Shown one piece after another: positions 34,963-45,090 of a DNA stretch of 64,000 nucleotides (position 1 is the stretch's first letter; each line of letters starts with the position of its first letter). The translations under genes and the position numbers were made by a program. Origin of the DNA: Bacteroidales bacterium (lineage in GTDB: Bacteria > Bacteroidota > Bacteroidia > Bacteroidales > VadinHA17); assembly GCA_963668715.1 (NCBI GenBank), contig OY764960.1:3953438-4017437 (forward strand), given 5' to 3'. The notes under the pieces are model-generated. The model saw only the letters and a program-made list of their open reading frames with translations. It was not told where the DNA came from and searched no databases.

Positions 34963-35658
34963 ATGAATATAATTATCACCGGAGCCAGCAGGGGTATCGG
35001 AAGAGATATAAGCCTGTTACTGGCCGGGAGCAGGGAAAACAGGATACTGGCCGTAGCAAGATCTGAAAAGGAGCTCAGGGAGCTTTCTGAAGAGACCGTG
35101 CACAATAATATAAGCTATATGGCTTCCGATATCAATAAAAGCCTTAAAAGCCCTGAAAAGCTGCTAAAAGAGGTCGATAAGGTATTCGACAGTATTGATA
35201 TACTGGTCAATAATGCAGGTATACTCTTTCATAAGTCACTGGATGAACTTAAGGAAGATGAGATAAGGCTTATGAACGAGACCAATTTTATCAGCCCTCT
35301 GTTACTGATAAAGCTTCTTTCCGGCAAATTTACAAGAGGTTCTCATATTTTAAATATCAGCAGCATGGGCGGTTTCCAGGGAAGTTCAAGGTACCAGGGT
35401 ATGGCTGTTTACAGTGCAACAAAGGCGGCTTTGGCCAATCTTACCGAAAGCCTGGCAGCAGACTATGCAGACCGTGGTATCTTTTTCAACTGCCTTGCTC
35501 TTGGTGCCGTGCAGACGGAGATGCTGGAGGAGGCCTTCCCGGGGTATAAAGCGCCGGTCAGCTCAAAGGATATGGCTGAATTCATAAGCTGGTTTGCAAT
35601 GGAAGGAAAGAAATTCTTCAACGGTAAGGTACTGCCTGTATCAGTCAGTAATCCTTAG
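34963..35658 (+). CDS. SDR-family oxidoreductase
   Basis: TGASRGIG, NNAG, YSATK. Confidence 0.95.
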   Translation: MNIIITGASRGIGRDISLLLAGSRENRILAVARSEKELRELSEETVHNNISYMASDINKSLKSPEKLLKEVDKVFDSIDILVNNAGILFHKSLDELKEDEIRLMNETNFISPLLLIKLLSGKFTRGSHILNISSMGGFQGSSRYQGMAVYSATKAALANLTESLAADYADRGIFFNCLALGAVQTEMLEEAFPGYKAPVSSKDMAEFISWFAMEGKKFFNGKVLPVSVSNP

Positions 35659-35720
35659 AATTCAGAATATGATCCTGATTTTCTCCGGGGCAGTGATGAA
35701 AGCCGTGCCCGTGGCCAGAC

Positions 35721-36794
35721 TTATTTATACTCTTTGATCTTCAGCCTGTTGTCTATAGCCATCAGTCCGCTGTGAGCAAGCGCTTTTAACTCGTCTTCAC
35801 CGGGATATACAACAATTGCGGCAATAAAGCCTGTCATTACCCTGATACGTTCGACATGCTGTTCCTGGTAAGCCATTCCTCCCGTGAGTATGATGGCATC
35901 AACCTCTCCCCCAAGCACTGCAGCAGCAGCTGCTATCTCCCTGGCTATCTGGTATGACGACGCTTCGCGAACAAGCTTTGCCTCTTCATCCCCTTCATCG
36001 GCTCTCCTGCATACCTCACTGAAATCATTTGTATTAAGGTATGCAACCATACCTCCCTGACCTGTGATCATTTTCAATACCTGCTCTTTTGAATAACGGC
36101 CGCTGAAGCACAACCCGGCAAGCTGAGCTGCCGGCAGAGAGCCTGATCGTTCCGGTGAAAAAGGCCCGTCGCCGTTGAGGGCATTATTAACATCGATAAC
36201 CCTGCCCTTCCTGTGTACGCCTATGCTTATCCCTCCTCCCATATGGGCAACAATAAGATTCATATCTTCATATTCCTTCCCTGTCTCCTCCGCATATGCT
36301 CGTGCCACTGCTTTCTGGTTCAGGGCATGGAACACAGACCTCCTGGGAAGAAGAGGGTGCCCCGACAATCTGGCCACATCCTGCAACTCGTCAACCACAA
36401 CAGGGTCAACGATAAAGGCTTTGGCCCCCTTTATATCACCGGCTATATCATAGGCTATCAATCCCCCAAGGTTACTGGCATGTTCTCCTCTTTCCGCCAG
36501 TTTAAGCTCTTTCAGCATAAGGTCGTTTACCTCATAAACGCCCGACTCAATAGGTTTCAGCATTCCGCCTCTTCCTACTACGGCCTTTATCTCGTCAGGA
36601 TCGATATCATGATCAGCCAGTTCCTTCATTATCAATTCTTTCCTGAACAAAAACTGATCACTTACCCTTATATAGGCGGACAGCTCATCTGCACTGTGCC
36701 GTATTGTTGATTCAAACAGGAGCTCATCATTAGAATATACACCCAGCTTGGTTGATGTTGAACCGGGATTAACGGCCAGTATCAATCTTCTCAT
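35721..36794 (-). CDS. buk: Butyrate kinase
   Basis: NPGSTSTK, GRGG, HASNLG, HALNQKA, AHMGGGIS. Confidence 0.97.
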   Translation of the reverse strand: MRRLILAVNPGSTSTKLGVYSNDELLFESTIRHSADELSAYIRVSDQFLFRKELIMKELADHDIDPDEIKAVVGRGGMLKPIESGVYEVNDLMLKELKLAERGEHASNLGGLIAYDIAGDIKGAKAFIVDPVVVDELQDVARLSGHPLLPRRSVFHALNQKAVARAYAEETGKEYEDMNLIVAHMGGGISIGVHRKGRVIDVNNALNGDGPFSPERSGSLPAAQLAGLCFSGRYSKEQVLKMITGQGGMVAYLNTNDFSEVCRRADEGDEEAKLVREASSYQIAREIAAAAAVLGGEVDAIILTGGMAYQEQHVERIRVMTGFIAAIVVYPGEDELKALAHSGLMAIDNRLKIKEYK

Positions 36795-36797
36795 AAC

Positions 36798-37715
36798 TTA
36801 CTGTTTTTCTGTCATCAGGCAGGCAAGAGCTATACAATAAAACTTTGATTTTTCACTTTCACTTCTTGACATAAGGACCACAGGTACCTCAGTACCCATA
36901 AGCATACCCGCCAGCTCTCCCCTGCCGAAGAGCATAAGTCCTTTATAAAAGGGATTACAAGATTCGAGGGATGGAAAAAGAAGGATATCGGCATCACCTC
37001 CTACAGGTGTGTCTACTCCCTTTATTATTACACTTTCGCTGTCGCATGCCAGAAAAATATCAAGCGGTCCGTCCATTATACACGGGCTTATCTGTCCTCT
37101 CTGGGCCATTTTACACATAATGGCATAATCCACAGAATTCTGAAAATGCCTGCTCATCTTTTCCGATGCGCCTATAAGCGCTACTTTGGGTTTCTCTATA
37201 CCGAATTTCGATGCCATACCTATAGCATATTCGGCCATTGCCACCTTCTGTTCCAGGTCGGGAAAAGGGAGCACCGCCGTGTCGGTAATAAAGAGCAACT
37301 TATGATAGCCGGGCAGGCCGACAGCGCATACATAGCTTAATACCGCTCCCGGTTTCATCAGGCCTTTTTCTTTATCCAGTACCGATTTCAAAAATTTATC
37401 GGTACCTATCAGTCCCTTCATCAGTATATCCGCATCCCCCGACTTCACCATCCTTACAGTCTCTGCTGCCGCCTCCTTTTCATCCTTTACATGCTCTATA
37501 CTGAAAAGGCCCGTATCAATTCCCATTCCGGCAGCAGTCTTTTCTATCTCTTCTTTGTCTCCATACAGGTAAGCATCAACAAGGCCCTCTTTTACCGCTT
37601 TTTCCACTGCGCCGAGGGTATTCTCATCCTGGGCCCATGTAACAACCAGCACGGGCTTATCTTTTCTGTCTTTTACAGCATCAACAAGTTGATCGAGAGA
37701 TTTTATCATACGCAT
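36798..37715 (-). CDS. Phosphate butyryltransferase-like (PTA_PTB), paralogue 2
   Basis: 'ILMKG', 'DGPL', 'MSRSES'; next to buk. Confidence 0.85.
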   Translation of the reverse strand: MRMIKSLDQLVDAVKDRKDKPVLVVTWAQDENTLGAVEKAVKEGLVDAYLYGDKEEIEKTAAGMGIDTGLFSIEHVKDEKEAAAETVRMVKSGDADILMKGLIGTDKFLKSVLDKEKGLMKPGAVLSYVCAVGLPGYHKLLFITDTAVLPFPDLEQKVAMAEYAIGMASKFGIEKPKVALIGASEKMSRHFQNSVDYAIMCKMAQRGQISPCIMDGPLDIFLACDSESVIIKGVDTPVGGDADILLFPSLESCNPFYKGLMLFGRGELAGMLMGTEVPVVLMSRSESEKSKFYCIALACLMTEKQ

Positions 37716-37716
37716 A

Positions 37717-38619
37717 TTATTTAGCTGTTGCAGCAGCCAGCATTATACTATCGTATTTGGCCTGTTCGCTGTCGGAACGTGATGTAAGCACTATAGGCGC
37801 CGAGGCTCCCAGTATCATGGATGCCACCTTGGCCTGAGCAAAGAAGACAAGAGATTTATACAGCACATTACCAACTTCAATATCAGGTATCAACAGCAGA
37901 TCGGTATCTCCTGCAACTTCAGACCGTATGCCTTTTTGAACCGACGATTCCAGGCTGACTGCATTATCGAAGGCAAGCGGACCGTCGATAATACAATTTT
38001 TTATCTGGTCGCGCTGGTTCATTTTTGATAACAAAGCAGCATCAAGGGTTGCCTGCATGCTTTCATTGACCATCTCAACAGCCCCCAGAACAGCTACTTT
38101 CGGCATTTCGATACCAAGCGTATTGAGACAGTAAACCGAGTTATTGACAATAGCGATCTTATCCTGCAGGCTGGGTGAGATATTCATTGCCACATCGGCC
38201 ACAGCAATCAGCTTATGGTATGTACCTACTTCAAACAAAGCTATATGTGATAACAGTTTACCTGTTCTCAAGCCCCATTGCTTATTAAGCACAAGCTTTA
38301 ATACGGTGGAAGTACCCACTTTACCTTTCATGAGTACATCAGCCTCTTTGCTGCTTACCATTTTTATAGCCAACTCGGTGCATTTTTCAGGATCAGACTC
38401 ATGAATGATCTTTACACCATCAATATTAAATTTGTATTCTGCAGCTATTCTCTTAATTTCTTTTTCATTTCCAATGAGCACAGGCACAATAACTTTATCT
38501 TCAGCTGCTTTAAGAACTGCACCCAGCGACTGACGGTCGTGTGCCGATGCCAATACAAGTCGCCTTACCGGTTTATCTCCCAGTAATTTTTTTAGTTCAC
38601 TTAGTTTCTTCAGGGTCAT
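37717..38619 (-). CDS. ptb: Phosphate butyryltransferase
   Basis: 'LMKG', 'DGPLAFDNAVS', 'GNVLYKSL', 'LTSRSDS'. Confidence 0.9.
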   Translation of the reverse strand: MTLKKLSELKKLLGDKPVRRLVLASAHDRQSLGAVLKAAEDKVIVPVLIGNEKEIKRIAAEYKFNIDGVKIIHESDPEKCTELAIKMVSSKEADVLMKGKVGTSTVLKLVLNKQWGLRTGKLLSHIALFEVGTYHKLIAVADVAMNISPSLQDKIAIVNNSVYCLNTLGIEMPKVAVLGAVEMVNESMQATLDAALLSKMNQRDQIKNCIIDGPLAFDNAVSLESSVQKGIRSEVAGDTDLLLIPDIEVGNVLYKSLVFFAQAKVASMILGASAPIVLTSRSDSEQAKYDSIMLAAATAK

Positions 38620-38652
38620 GGGTCAAATGGGTTTTATTATATTACAATAATA

Positions 38653-39867
38653 TTATGTTTTTTTCTTTTCTGATACAATATTTTTAGTATCAGTGGCAAT
38701 AACCAACTCTTCGTCCGTTGTTATTGTCATAACGGTAACTGACGATGAAGGTTTGGATATAACAAGATCAAGTCCTCTCTGTTCATTATTCGTTTCTTCG
38801 TCGAATTCTATACCCAGGAATTCCATATCCTTACAGATCATTCTTCTCATATTATGATCATTCTCTCCTATTCCTCCCGTAAAAACAAGTATGTCGAGAC
38901 CGTTCAGTGCGGCAGCATATGCCCCGATAAACTTTTTCACCTTGTAGGCATACATATCAAGGGCCAGGACAGCCCTTTTATTTCCCTCAGCAGCAGCGCT
39001 TTCCAGGTCTCTCATGTCAGACGACAGGTTTGTAATACCCATCATGCCACTCTTCTTATTGATCATATTACTAACACCCTGAACGTTGAGATTCTCTTTA
39101 TCAGCAATATAGATAAGCACTCCGGGATCTATCTCTCCTGTTCTGGTACCCATTATCAGTCCGTCGACAGGAGTAAAGCCCATAGATGTATCGATCGATT
39201 TACCGTTTTTTATAGCAGCTACCGATGCTCCATTGCCCAGGTGACAGGTCACTATCTTTAGTTTACCGATATCTTTCCCAAGAATGCCGGCTGCTTTTTT
39301 TGCCACAAACTTATGGCTTGTTCCGTGAAATCCGTATTTTCTTATACGGTACTTATTATAATAATCATAAGGTATGGCATACATATATGCATAGTCGGGC
39401 ATAGTCTGATGGAAGGAAGTGTCAAAAACAGCAACCTGGGGAACCCCGGGCACCAGTTTTTCAACGGACAGTATACCTTTCAGGTTTGCCGGGTTATGCA
39501 GGGGAGCCAGTTCGCAGCACTTCTCAATATCTTTTTTAACCTTACTGTCTATCAATACACTTTCAGTAAAGTTCTCGCCTCCGTGGGCCACTCTGTGTCC
39601 TACTGCCATTATATCCCTTACATCTTTTATAACGCCCCATTCCTTATGTGTAAGGGCTTCTATAACCAGGTTTATGCCTATTGTATGGTCAGGTATATCC
39701 GTTACAATTTTTTTAGGATCCTTACCGTCTGGTTTATGAGTAAGTATACTGTCACTTATCCCTATCCTTTCAACAAGGCCGCTGGCTGTTACCCTGGCGT
39801 CATTGCTTATGTCAAAAACTTTATATTTTATTGAGGAGCTACCGCAGTTGAGAACGAGAATTACCAT
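38653..39867 (-). CDS. ackA: Acetate kinase (start taken at MVILVLNCGSSS)
   Basis: NCGSSSIK, GHRVAHGG, LAPLHNP, YGFHGTSH, HLGNGAS, FTGGIGEN. Confidence 0.97.
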   Translation of the reverse strand: MVILVLNCGSSSIKYKVFDISNDARVTASGLVERIGISDSILTHKPDGKDPKKIVTDIPDHTIGINLVIEALTHKEWGVIKDVRDIMAVGHRVAHGGENFTESVLIDSKVKKDIEKCCELAPLHNPANLKGILSVEKLVPGVPQVAVFDTSFHQTMPDYAYMYAIPYDYYNKYRIRKYGFHGTSHKFVAKKAAGILGKDIGKLKIVTCHLGNGASVAAIKNGKSIDTSMGFTPVDGLIMGTRTGEIDPGVLIYIADKENLNVQGVSNMINKKSGMMGITNLSSDMRDLESAAAEGNKRAVLALDMYAYKVKKFIGAYAAALNGLDILVFTGGIGENDHNMRRMICKDMEFLGIEFDEETNNEQRGLDLVISKPSSSVTVMTITTDEELVIATDTKNIVSEKKKT

Positions 39868-39963
39868 ATGCGTCAGATTATTTTTTAATATTATTTTAAA
39901 TATAATAATTAAGATCAGAATGTACCAATACAACCGTCTTAAAACACAATAAAATTTGTATTA

Positions 39964-40959
39964 TCAGGCAGACTGGTTTGCCGTTATTGCCACGAGGCTT
40001 ACTATATCGCTTACAGAACAACCTCTTGACAGGTCATTTATAGGAGCAGCCATACCCTGAAGGACCGGTCCTATGGCTTCTGCCTTTCCCATTCTCTGAA
40101 CAAGCTTATACGCCACATTACCGACCTCAAGTGAAGGAAAGATCATCACATTAGCCCTTCCTGCTATAGGGCTGCCAGGAGCTTTCTGCTTTCCTATCGC
40201 TTCCACAATTGCCGCATCCGCCTGCAATTCACCATCAATCTGCAGATCAGGAGCCATTTCCTTTGCCATTTCCGTTGCTCTGACAACCTTATCAACCATT
40301 TCATGACTGGCGCTCCCCTTGGTGCTGAAGCTTATCATTGCCACCCTAGGCTCTATGCCGAGTATCGACCTTGCTGTTCCGGCAGTGGCAACTGCTATTT
40401 CGGCCAGTTCCCTGTCGGTAGGATCAGGATGAACGGCACAGTCAGCAAAAACCATAACACCATTATCACCGAATGACGGATCGGGGTGTATCATAATAAA
40501 TGAACCGGAAACAACCGATATCCCCGGCCTGGTCTTAACATACTGAAAAGCCGGTCTTAATACATCGCCGGTAGCATTGTCAGCACCGGCAACCTCGCCG
40601 TCAGCATCTCCGTTCTTGATCATCATAACCGACAGGTAAAGAGGGTTCTCTATAAGCTTCAATGCTTCTTCCCGTGTCAGTCCCTTATGTTTTCTCAGTT
40701 CCACCATCATATCAACATAATGATCCTTCATCTTATGCGACAAAGGATTGACAATCTCTGCCCTGTCTATATTCTTCAGACCATAGTCTGCTGCCAGTCT
40801 GCTTATCTCACCGGGATCGCCGATAAGAATGATCTTCGCAATGTTGCCGGCAATAATCTCGTCAGCCGCTTTCAGTGTTCTTTCCCCTGTTCCTTCCGGT
40901 AATACTATCGTTTTGTTAAGCTTACGTGCCTTTTCTTTTATATCATCTATCAATTTCAT
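39964..40959 (-). CDS. pta: Phosphate acetyltransferase
   Basis: IVLPEG, FADCAV, SFSTKGS, DGELQADAA, GPVLQG, NDLSRG. Confidence 0.97.
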   Translation of the reverse strand: MKLIDDIKEKARKLNKTIVLPEGTGERTLKAADEIIAGNIAKIILIGDPGEISRLAADYGLKNIDRAEIVNPLSHKMKDHYVDMMVELRKHKGLTREEALKLIENPLYLSVMMIKNGDADGEVAGADNATGDVLRPAFQYVKTRPGISVVSGSFIMIHPDPSFGDNGVMVFADCAVHPDPTDRELAEIAVATAGTARSILGIEPRVAMISFSTKGSASHEMVDKVVRATEMAKEMAPDLQIDGELQADAAIVEAIGKQKAPGSPIAGRANVMIFPSLEVGNVAYKLVQRMGKAEAIGPVLQGMAAPINDLSRGCSVSDIVSLVAITANQSA

Positions 40960-41083
40960 TGTAAATCAGTTATTTATGTCAAAAAATATAATTCACTAAA
41001 AGTACAAAAAAAGCTTGATATATCAATTTAAAAATCACATGATTAATGTCAGGAAACGACAAACGGCAAAAGGCAAACGACGA

Positions 41084-41250
41084 ATGGAATACCTGATTTG
41101 TATCATTCAGTAAATATGATCAGGTATTCCATCATTGTTCGCCCCCACTAACCACAATCACTATCTCCTCACGAGCTCACCCCGGAGTGCTCGGGGTTCG
41201 GTTCCAGCATTCCAGTATTCCATTGCTCCAGCTTTTCATTACTCCGGCTT
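41084..41250 (-). repeat. Conserved non-coding module, copy 3 (inverted), with a short degenerate 8-mer tail and a 14-bp hairpin
   Basis: ATGGAATACCTGAT / ATCAGGTATTCCAT stem; CGCCCCCACTAACCACAATCAC; tail TTCCAGCATTCCAGTATTCCATTGCTCCAGC. Confidence 0.75.
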
Positions 41251-41327
41251 TCAGAGCGATAATGTGTCGTACAATAGCTAACTAATTCGTAATTATATAT
41301 ATTTTTACTTTCCAAAATCAGCAAAGA

Positions 41328-44273
41328 ATGGATAGACCGGCATCACTCGACAAGCTTTCCCGGCAGCTCAGGGGAGACCTGAAATATGACAAAATAACCA
41401 AAACCATTTACAGTACCGATGCCTCAATGTATAAGGAAGAACCGGAGGCAGTGGTCTGGCCCGAAGATAAAGATGACCTTAAGAAACTCATTGCTTTTGC
41501 ACATGAAGAGGGCGCCAGTCTCATTATGAGAGGCGCCGGCACTTCACTTGCCGGGCAGGTTGTAGGGCCGGGCATAGTTGTTGACCTGAGCCGCCATATG
41601 AACAAAATACTGGAAATAAACAAAGAAGAACGATGGGTAAAGGTAGAGCCGGGAGTTGTGCTGGAAGAGATGAACCGGGAGCTTTACGGATACGGCCTGT
41701 TTTTCGGCCCTGAAACATCTACAGCAAACAGGTGTACGATAGGAGGCATGATCGGGAACAATGCATGCGGATTACATTCGTTGAGATACGGCAGCACGCG
41801 TGAGCATACCCTGGAAGTCGAAGCTCTGCTCAGTGACGGAAGTGAGGTGACCTTCAGTCCCCTGTCTGCTGATGAATTCAGGAAAAAATGTAAGCAGGAC
41901 AGCCTTGAAGGAAGCATCTACCGGTTCCTCGACGTCAATCTTAGCAACAGTGACATTGCCAAAGATATTATCAATGAATATCCCGATCCTGAAGTACCCA
42001 GAAGGAATACCGGCTATGCACTTGACATATTGCTAAAGACAAGCGCTTTCGACACAGATGAACAGAAAAAAATAAATCTTTCCACGCTTATGGCAGGTTC
42101 GGAAGGCACGCTGGCAGTGATAACTGCGGCAAAGCTGAACCTTCTTCCTCTGCCTCCCCGGCATAAAGCATTATGCTGTGTGCACCTTAAAAACAGGAAT
42201 GAAGCATATCTTGCAAACCTTATTGCATTACGTTTCGACCCGGATGCAGTGGAAATGATGGACGACAAGATACTCGAACTGACAGGTAATAATATTGAAC
42301 AGAGGAAAAACAGGTTCTTCCTGGAAGGAAAGCCGGGAGCGATACTGATAGTTGAGTTTGCCCGTGAGACAAAAAAGGAAATAGAAAAACTGTGTGATAA
42401 TATGGAAGAAGCCATGATCAAAGAAGGTTACGGCTACGCTTTCCCCAGGATATGGGGAGATGACATATCCAGGGTATGGAACCTGAGAAAAGCGGGACTG
42501 GGTGTGCTGTCAAACATGAAAGGAGATTCCAAGCCTGTAAGCCTTCTTGAAGATACGGCTGTCAGTGTGAACAAGCTTCCTGCATATATGAAAGATTTTG
42601 ATAATATGCTGGCAAAATATAATAAGGAATGTGTTTACCATGCCCATATAGGGACAGGCGAGCTTCATCTCAGACCTATACTGAATCTTAAGGACAGTAA
42701 AGATGTCGGGCTGTTCCATACTCTTGGGCAGGAAACCGCAGGCCTGGTAAAACGCTACCGGGGATCCCTCAGCGGAGAGCATGGCGACGGCAGGTTAAGA
42801 GGCGAATTTATCCCGATGATGCTGGGAGAAAAAATATATGAGAAACTCAGGGAACTGAAATATACCTGGGACCCGGATGCCATACTCAATCCCAATAAGA
42901 TAGTGGACACCCCTCCTATGAGCACATCACTGAGATATGATGCCGGCCAGGCCATCAGGGAAATACAAACATATTTCAGGTTTGAGGATACCGGCGGTTA
43001 TATAAGAGCCGCTGAAAAATGCAACGGTTCGGGCGATTGCCGTAAATCGGCAAAGATAGGCGGAACCATGTGTCCCAGCTATATGGCTACAAGAGATGAG
43101 ATGAATACCACCAGGGCCAGGGCGAATGTCCTGAGGGAATTTCTGAACGGTTCGGACGGCAGCAACTGGGCTGCCCCGGAGATATATGAGATCCTGGATC
43201 TTTGTCTTTCATGTAAGGGTTGCAAAAGCGAATGCCCTTCAAACGTCGATATGGCAAAGATGAAAACCGAATTTATGCAGAAATGGTATGACAGTCATGG
43301 CATACCGCTCAGAACGCGTCTTATTGCCTATATAAGCACTATAAACAAAATAGGCTCGCTTCTGCCGGGTGTTTTCAATTTCTTCCTTAAAAACAGGCTG
43401 TTTTCAAATACATTCAAAGGAATAATCGGTTTTGCCAGGAACAGATCAATACCTTTGCTTTACCGTGTGACACTTAAAAGATGGGCAGGGAAAAACCTGC
43501 GTATTCTGAATCCGGCACAGCCCAGGAAAAATGTTTACCTCTTTGCGGATGAGTTTACAAACTATAATGACACACTTACGGGCATTGAAGCAATAAAGCT
43601 ACTTACATCACTGGGATACAGTGTGAATATTCCCGATCACAATCTTAGTGGCAGGACTTTCCTCTCAAAGGGCTTATTGAGAAAAGCGAGAAAGATAGCG
43701 ACCGACAACGTAGTAAAACTGTCGCCTGTGATTAATAAGGATAACCCTCTGCTGGGTATAGAACCTTCCGCTATCCTGGGCTTCAGGGATGAATTTCCCG
43801 GTCTCGTTCCGGAGGAATACCGTAAGCAGGCTGAAGAGCTTTCACTAAATACCATGCTTATCGATGAGTTTATCAGCAGTGAATACAAAGAAGGCAATAT
43901 CAGTCAGGAGCTGTTTACCGGGGAGCACAGAAAAGTATTGTTACACGGGCATTGTCAGCAAAAGGCGGTAGCCGATACCACATGTACCATAGAAATGCTT
44001 TCCATTCCGGCTAACTATACTGTTGAAGAAATAAAATCAGGCTGTTGCGGCATGGCGGGATCCTTCGGGTATGAAAAGGAACATTATGATCTTTCAATGA
44101 AGGTAGGCGGGCTGGTATTATTCCCCTCCGTAAAAAACGCCGGTGCGGATACTATCATAGCAGCTTCAGGCACAAGCTGCAGGCACCAGATAAAAGACGG
44201 AACAGGAAGACAGGCATTACATCCGGTACAGATATTATATCAGGCCTTATCAGTCGGTATCAAAGGAAAATAG
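41328..44273 (+). CDS. FAD-binding/Fe-S oxidoreductase (GlcD-GlcF/YdiJ type; D-lactate dehydrogenase-like)
   Basis: RGAGTSLAGQ, SGEHGDG, CNGSGDC...CP, CLSCKGCKSECP, HGHCQQK, CCGMAGSFG. Confidence 0.92.
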   Translation: MDRPASLDKLSRQLRGDLKYDKITKTIYSTDASMYKEEPEAVVWPEDKDDLKKLIAFAHEEGASLIMRGAGTSLAGQVVGPGIVVDLSRHMNKILEINKEERWVKVEPGVVLEEMNRELYGYGLFFGPETSTANRCTIGGMIGNNACGLHSLRYGSTREHTLEVEALLSDGSEVTFSPLSADEFRKKCKQDSLEGSIYRFLDVNLSNSDIAKDIINEYPDPEVPRRNTGYALDILLKTSAFDTDEQKKINLSTLMAGSEGTLAVITAAKLNLLPLPPRHKALCCVHLKNRNEAYLANLIALRFDPDAVEMMDDKILELTGNNIEQRKNRFFLEGKPGAILIVEFARETKKEIEKLCDNMEEAMIKEGYGYAFPRIWGDDISRVWNLRKAGLGVLSNMKGDSKPVSLLEDTAVSVNKLPAYMKDFDNMLAKYNKECVYHAHIGTGELHLRPILNLKDSKDVGLFHTLGQETAGLVKRYRGSLSGEHGDGRLRGEFIPMMLGEKIYEKLRELKYTWDPDAILNPNKIVDTPPMSTSLRYDAGQAIREIQTYFRFEDTGGYIRAAEKCNGSGDCRKSAKIGGTMCPSYMATRDEMNTTRARANVLREFLNGSDGSNWAAPEIYEILDLCLSCKGCKSECPSNVDMAKMKTEFMQKWYDSHGIPLRTRLIAYISTINKIGSLLPGVFNFFLKNRLFSNTFKGIIGFARNRSIPLLYRVTLKRWAGKNLRILNPAQPRKNVYLFADEFTNYNDTLTGIEAIKLLTSLGYSVNIPDHNLSGRTFLSKGLLRKARKIATDNVVKLSPVINKDNPLLGIEPSAILGFRDEFPGLVPEEYRKQAEELSLNTMLIDEFISSEYKEGNISQELFTGEHRKVLLHGHCQQKAVADTTCTIEMLSIPANYTVEEIKSGCCGMAGSFGYEKEHYDLSMKVGGLVLFPSVKNAGADTIIAASGTSCRHQIKDGTGRQALHPVQILYQALSVGIKGK

Positions 44274-45026
44274 ATCGGCATCAAGCCATGCCGGGAACTT
44301 CTCCCTGAAGCTCTTCAGTTTACCGGAAGATATCTCACTGGTGATTATCTCTTCCCTGTTGAGTTGTGCCTCAGCCAGTTTTTCTCCTGTGGGATCTATT
44401 ATTACCGTATCGCCGCAGTAGTCTATACCGTTTTCGTCATTACCCACCCTGTTGACGCCAAGCACGTAAGCCTGATTCTCTATTGCCCTGGCCTGTAGTA
44501 AAGTATTCCATACATTCCTTCTTACGGCAGGCCAGTTAGCCACATAGACAAGCACATCATAGGCGTTATTCCTGTTTCTGCTCCACACAGGGAACCTCAG
44601 GTCATAGCATATCTGCAGGAAAAAGTTCATACCCCTGAAGGATTCAATAATATGACGGTTTCCCTTCATGTAAAACATATTTTCCTTTTCCATTCTGAAA
44701 AGATGTCCTTTATCATATGTTACATAGTTACCGTCAGGTTTCATAAAGACGAGCCTGTTATAATACCTTCCGGCATCTCTGACAATATAGCTCCCCATAA
44801 GTCCGAAATCGTATTCCGATGATATCCTTCTCATCCACTGCAGTGTGTCGCCGCACATACTCTCGGCCATCTTTTCCGAATTCATGGTAAATCCGGTGTT
44901 GAACATCTCAGGCATAACCACCAGGTCGGTATGTCCCTTCAGCCCTGTTATCAGTGATTCATATTTCCTGAAATTGGATTCCTTATTTTCACAGGTGATA
45001 TCCGCCTGGACCAAACTTACTTTCAT
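44250..45026 (-). CDS. Nitrilase-family amidohydrolase (YafV/omega-amidase-like)
   Basis: PEMF, YDKGHLF, QICYDLRFP, ARAIENQ. Confidence 0.92.
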   Translation of the reverse strand: MKVSLVQADITCENKESNFRKYESLITGLKGHTDLVVMPEMFNTGFTMNSEKMAESMCGDTLQWMRRISSEYDFGLMGSYIVRDAGRYYNRLVFMKPDGNYVTYDKGHLFRMEKENMFYMKGNRHIIESFRGMNFFLQICYDLRFPVWSRNRNNAYDVLVYVANWPAVRRNVWNTLLQARAIENQAYVLGVNRVGNDENGIDYCGDTVIIDPTGEKLAEAQLNREEIITSEISSGKLKSFREKFPAWLDADLFSFDTD

Positions 45027-45037
45027 AATTTAAACGC

Positions 45038-45067
45038 AAAAAAAACAGGCTGTTGTGAACAGCCTGT
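45038..45067 (-). terminator. Intrinsic terminator
   Basis: ACAGGCTGTT / AACAGCCTGT stem followed by a U-tract on the - strand. Confidence 0.65.
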
Positions 45068-45090
45068 ACACAGTCAATCAACAATATATA

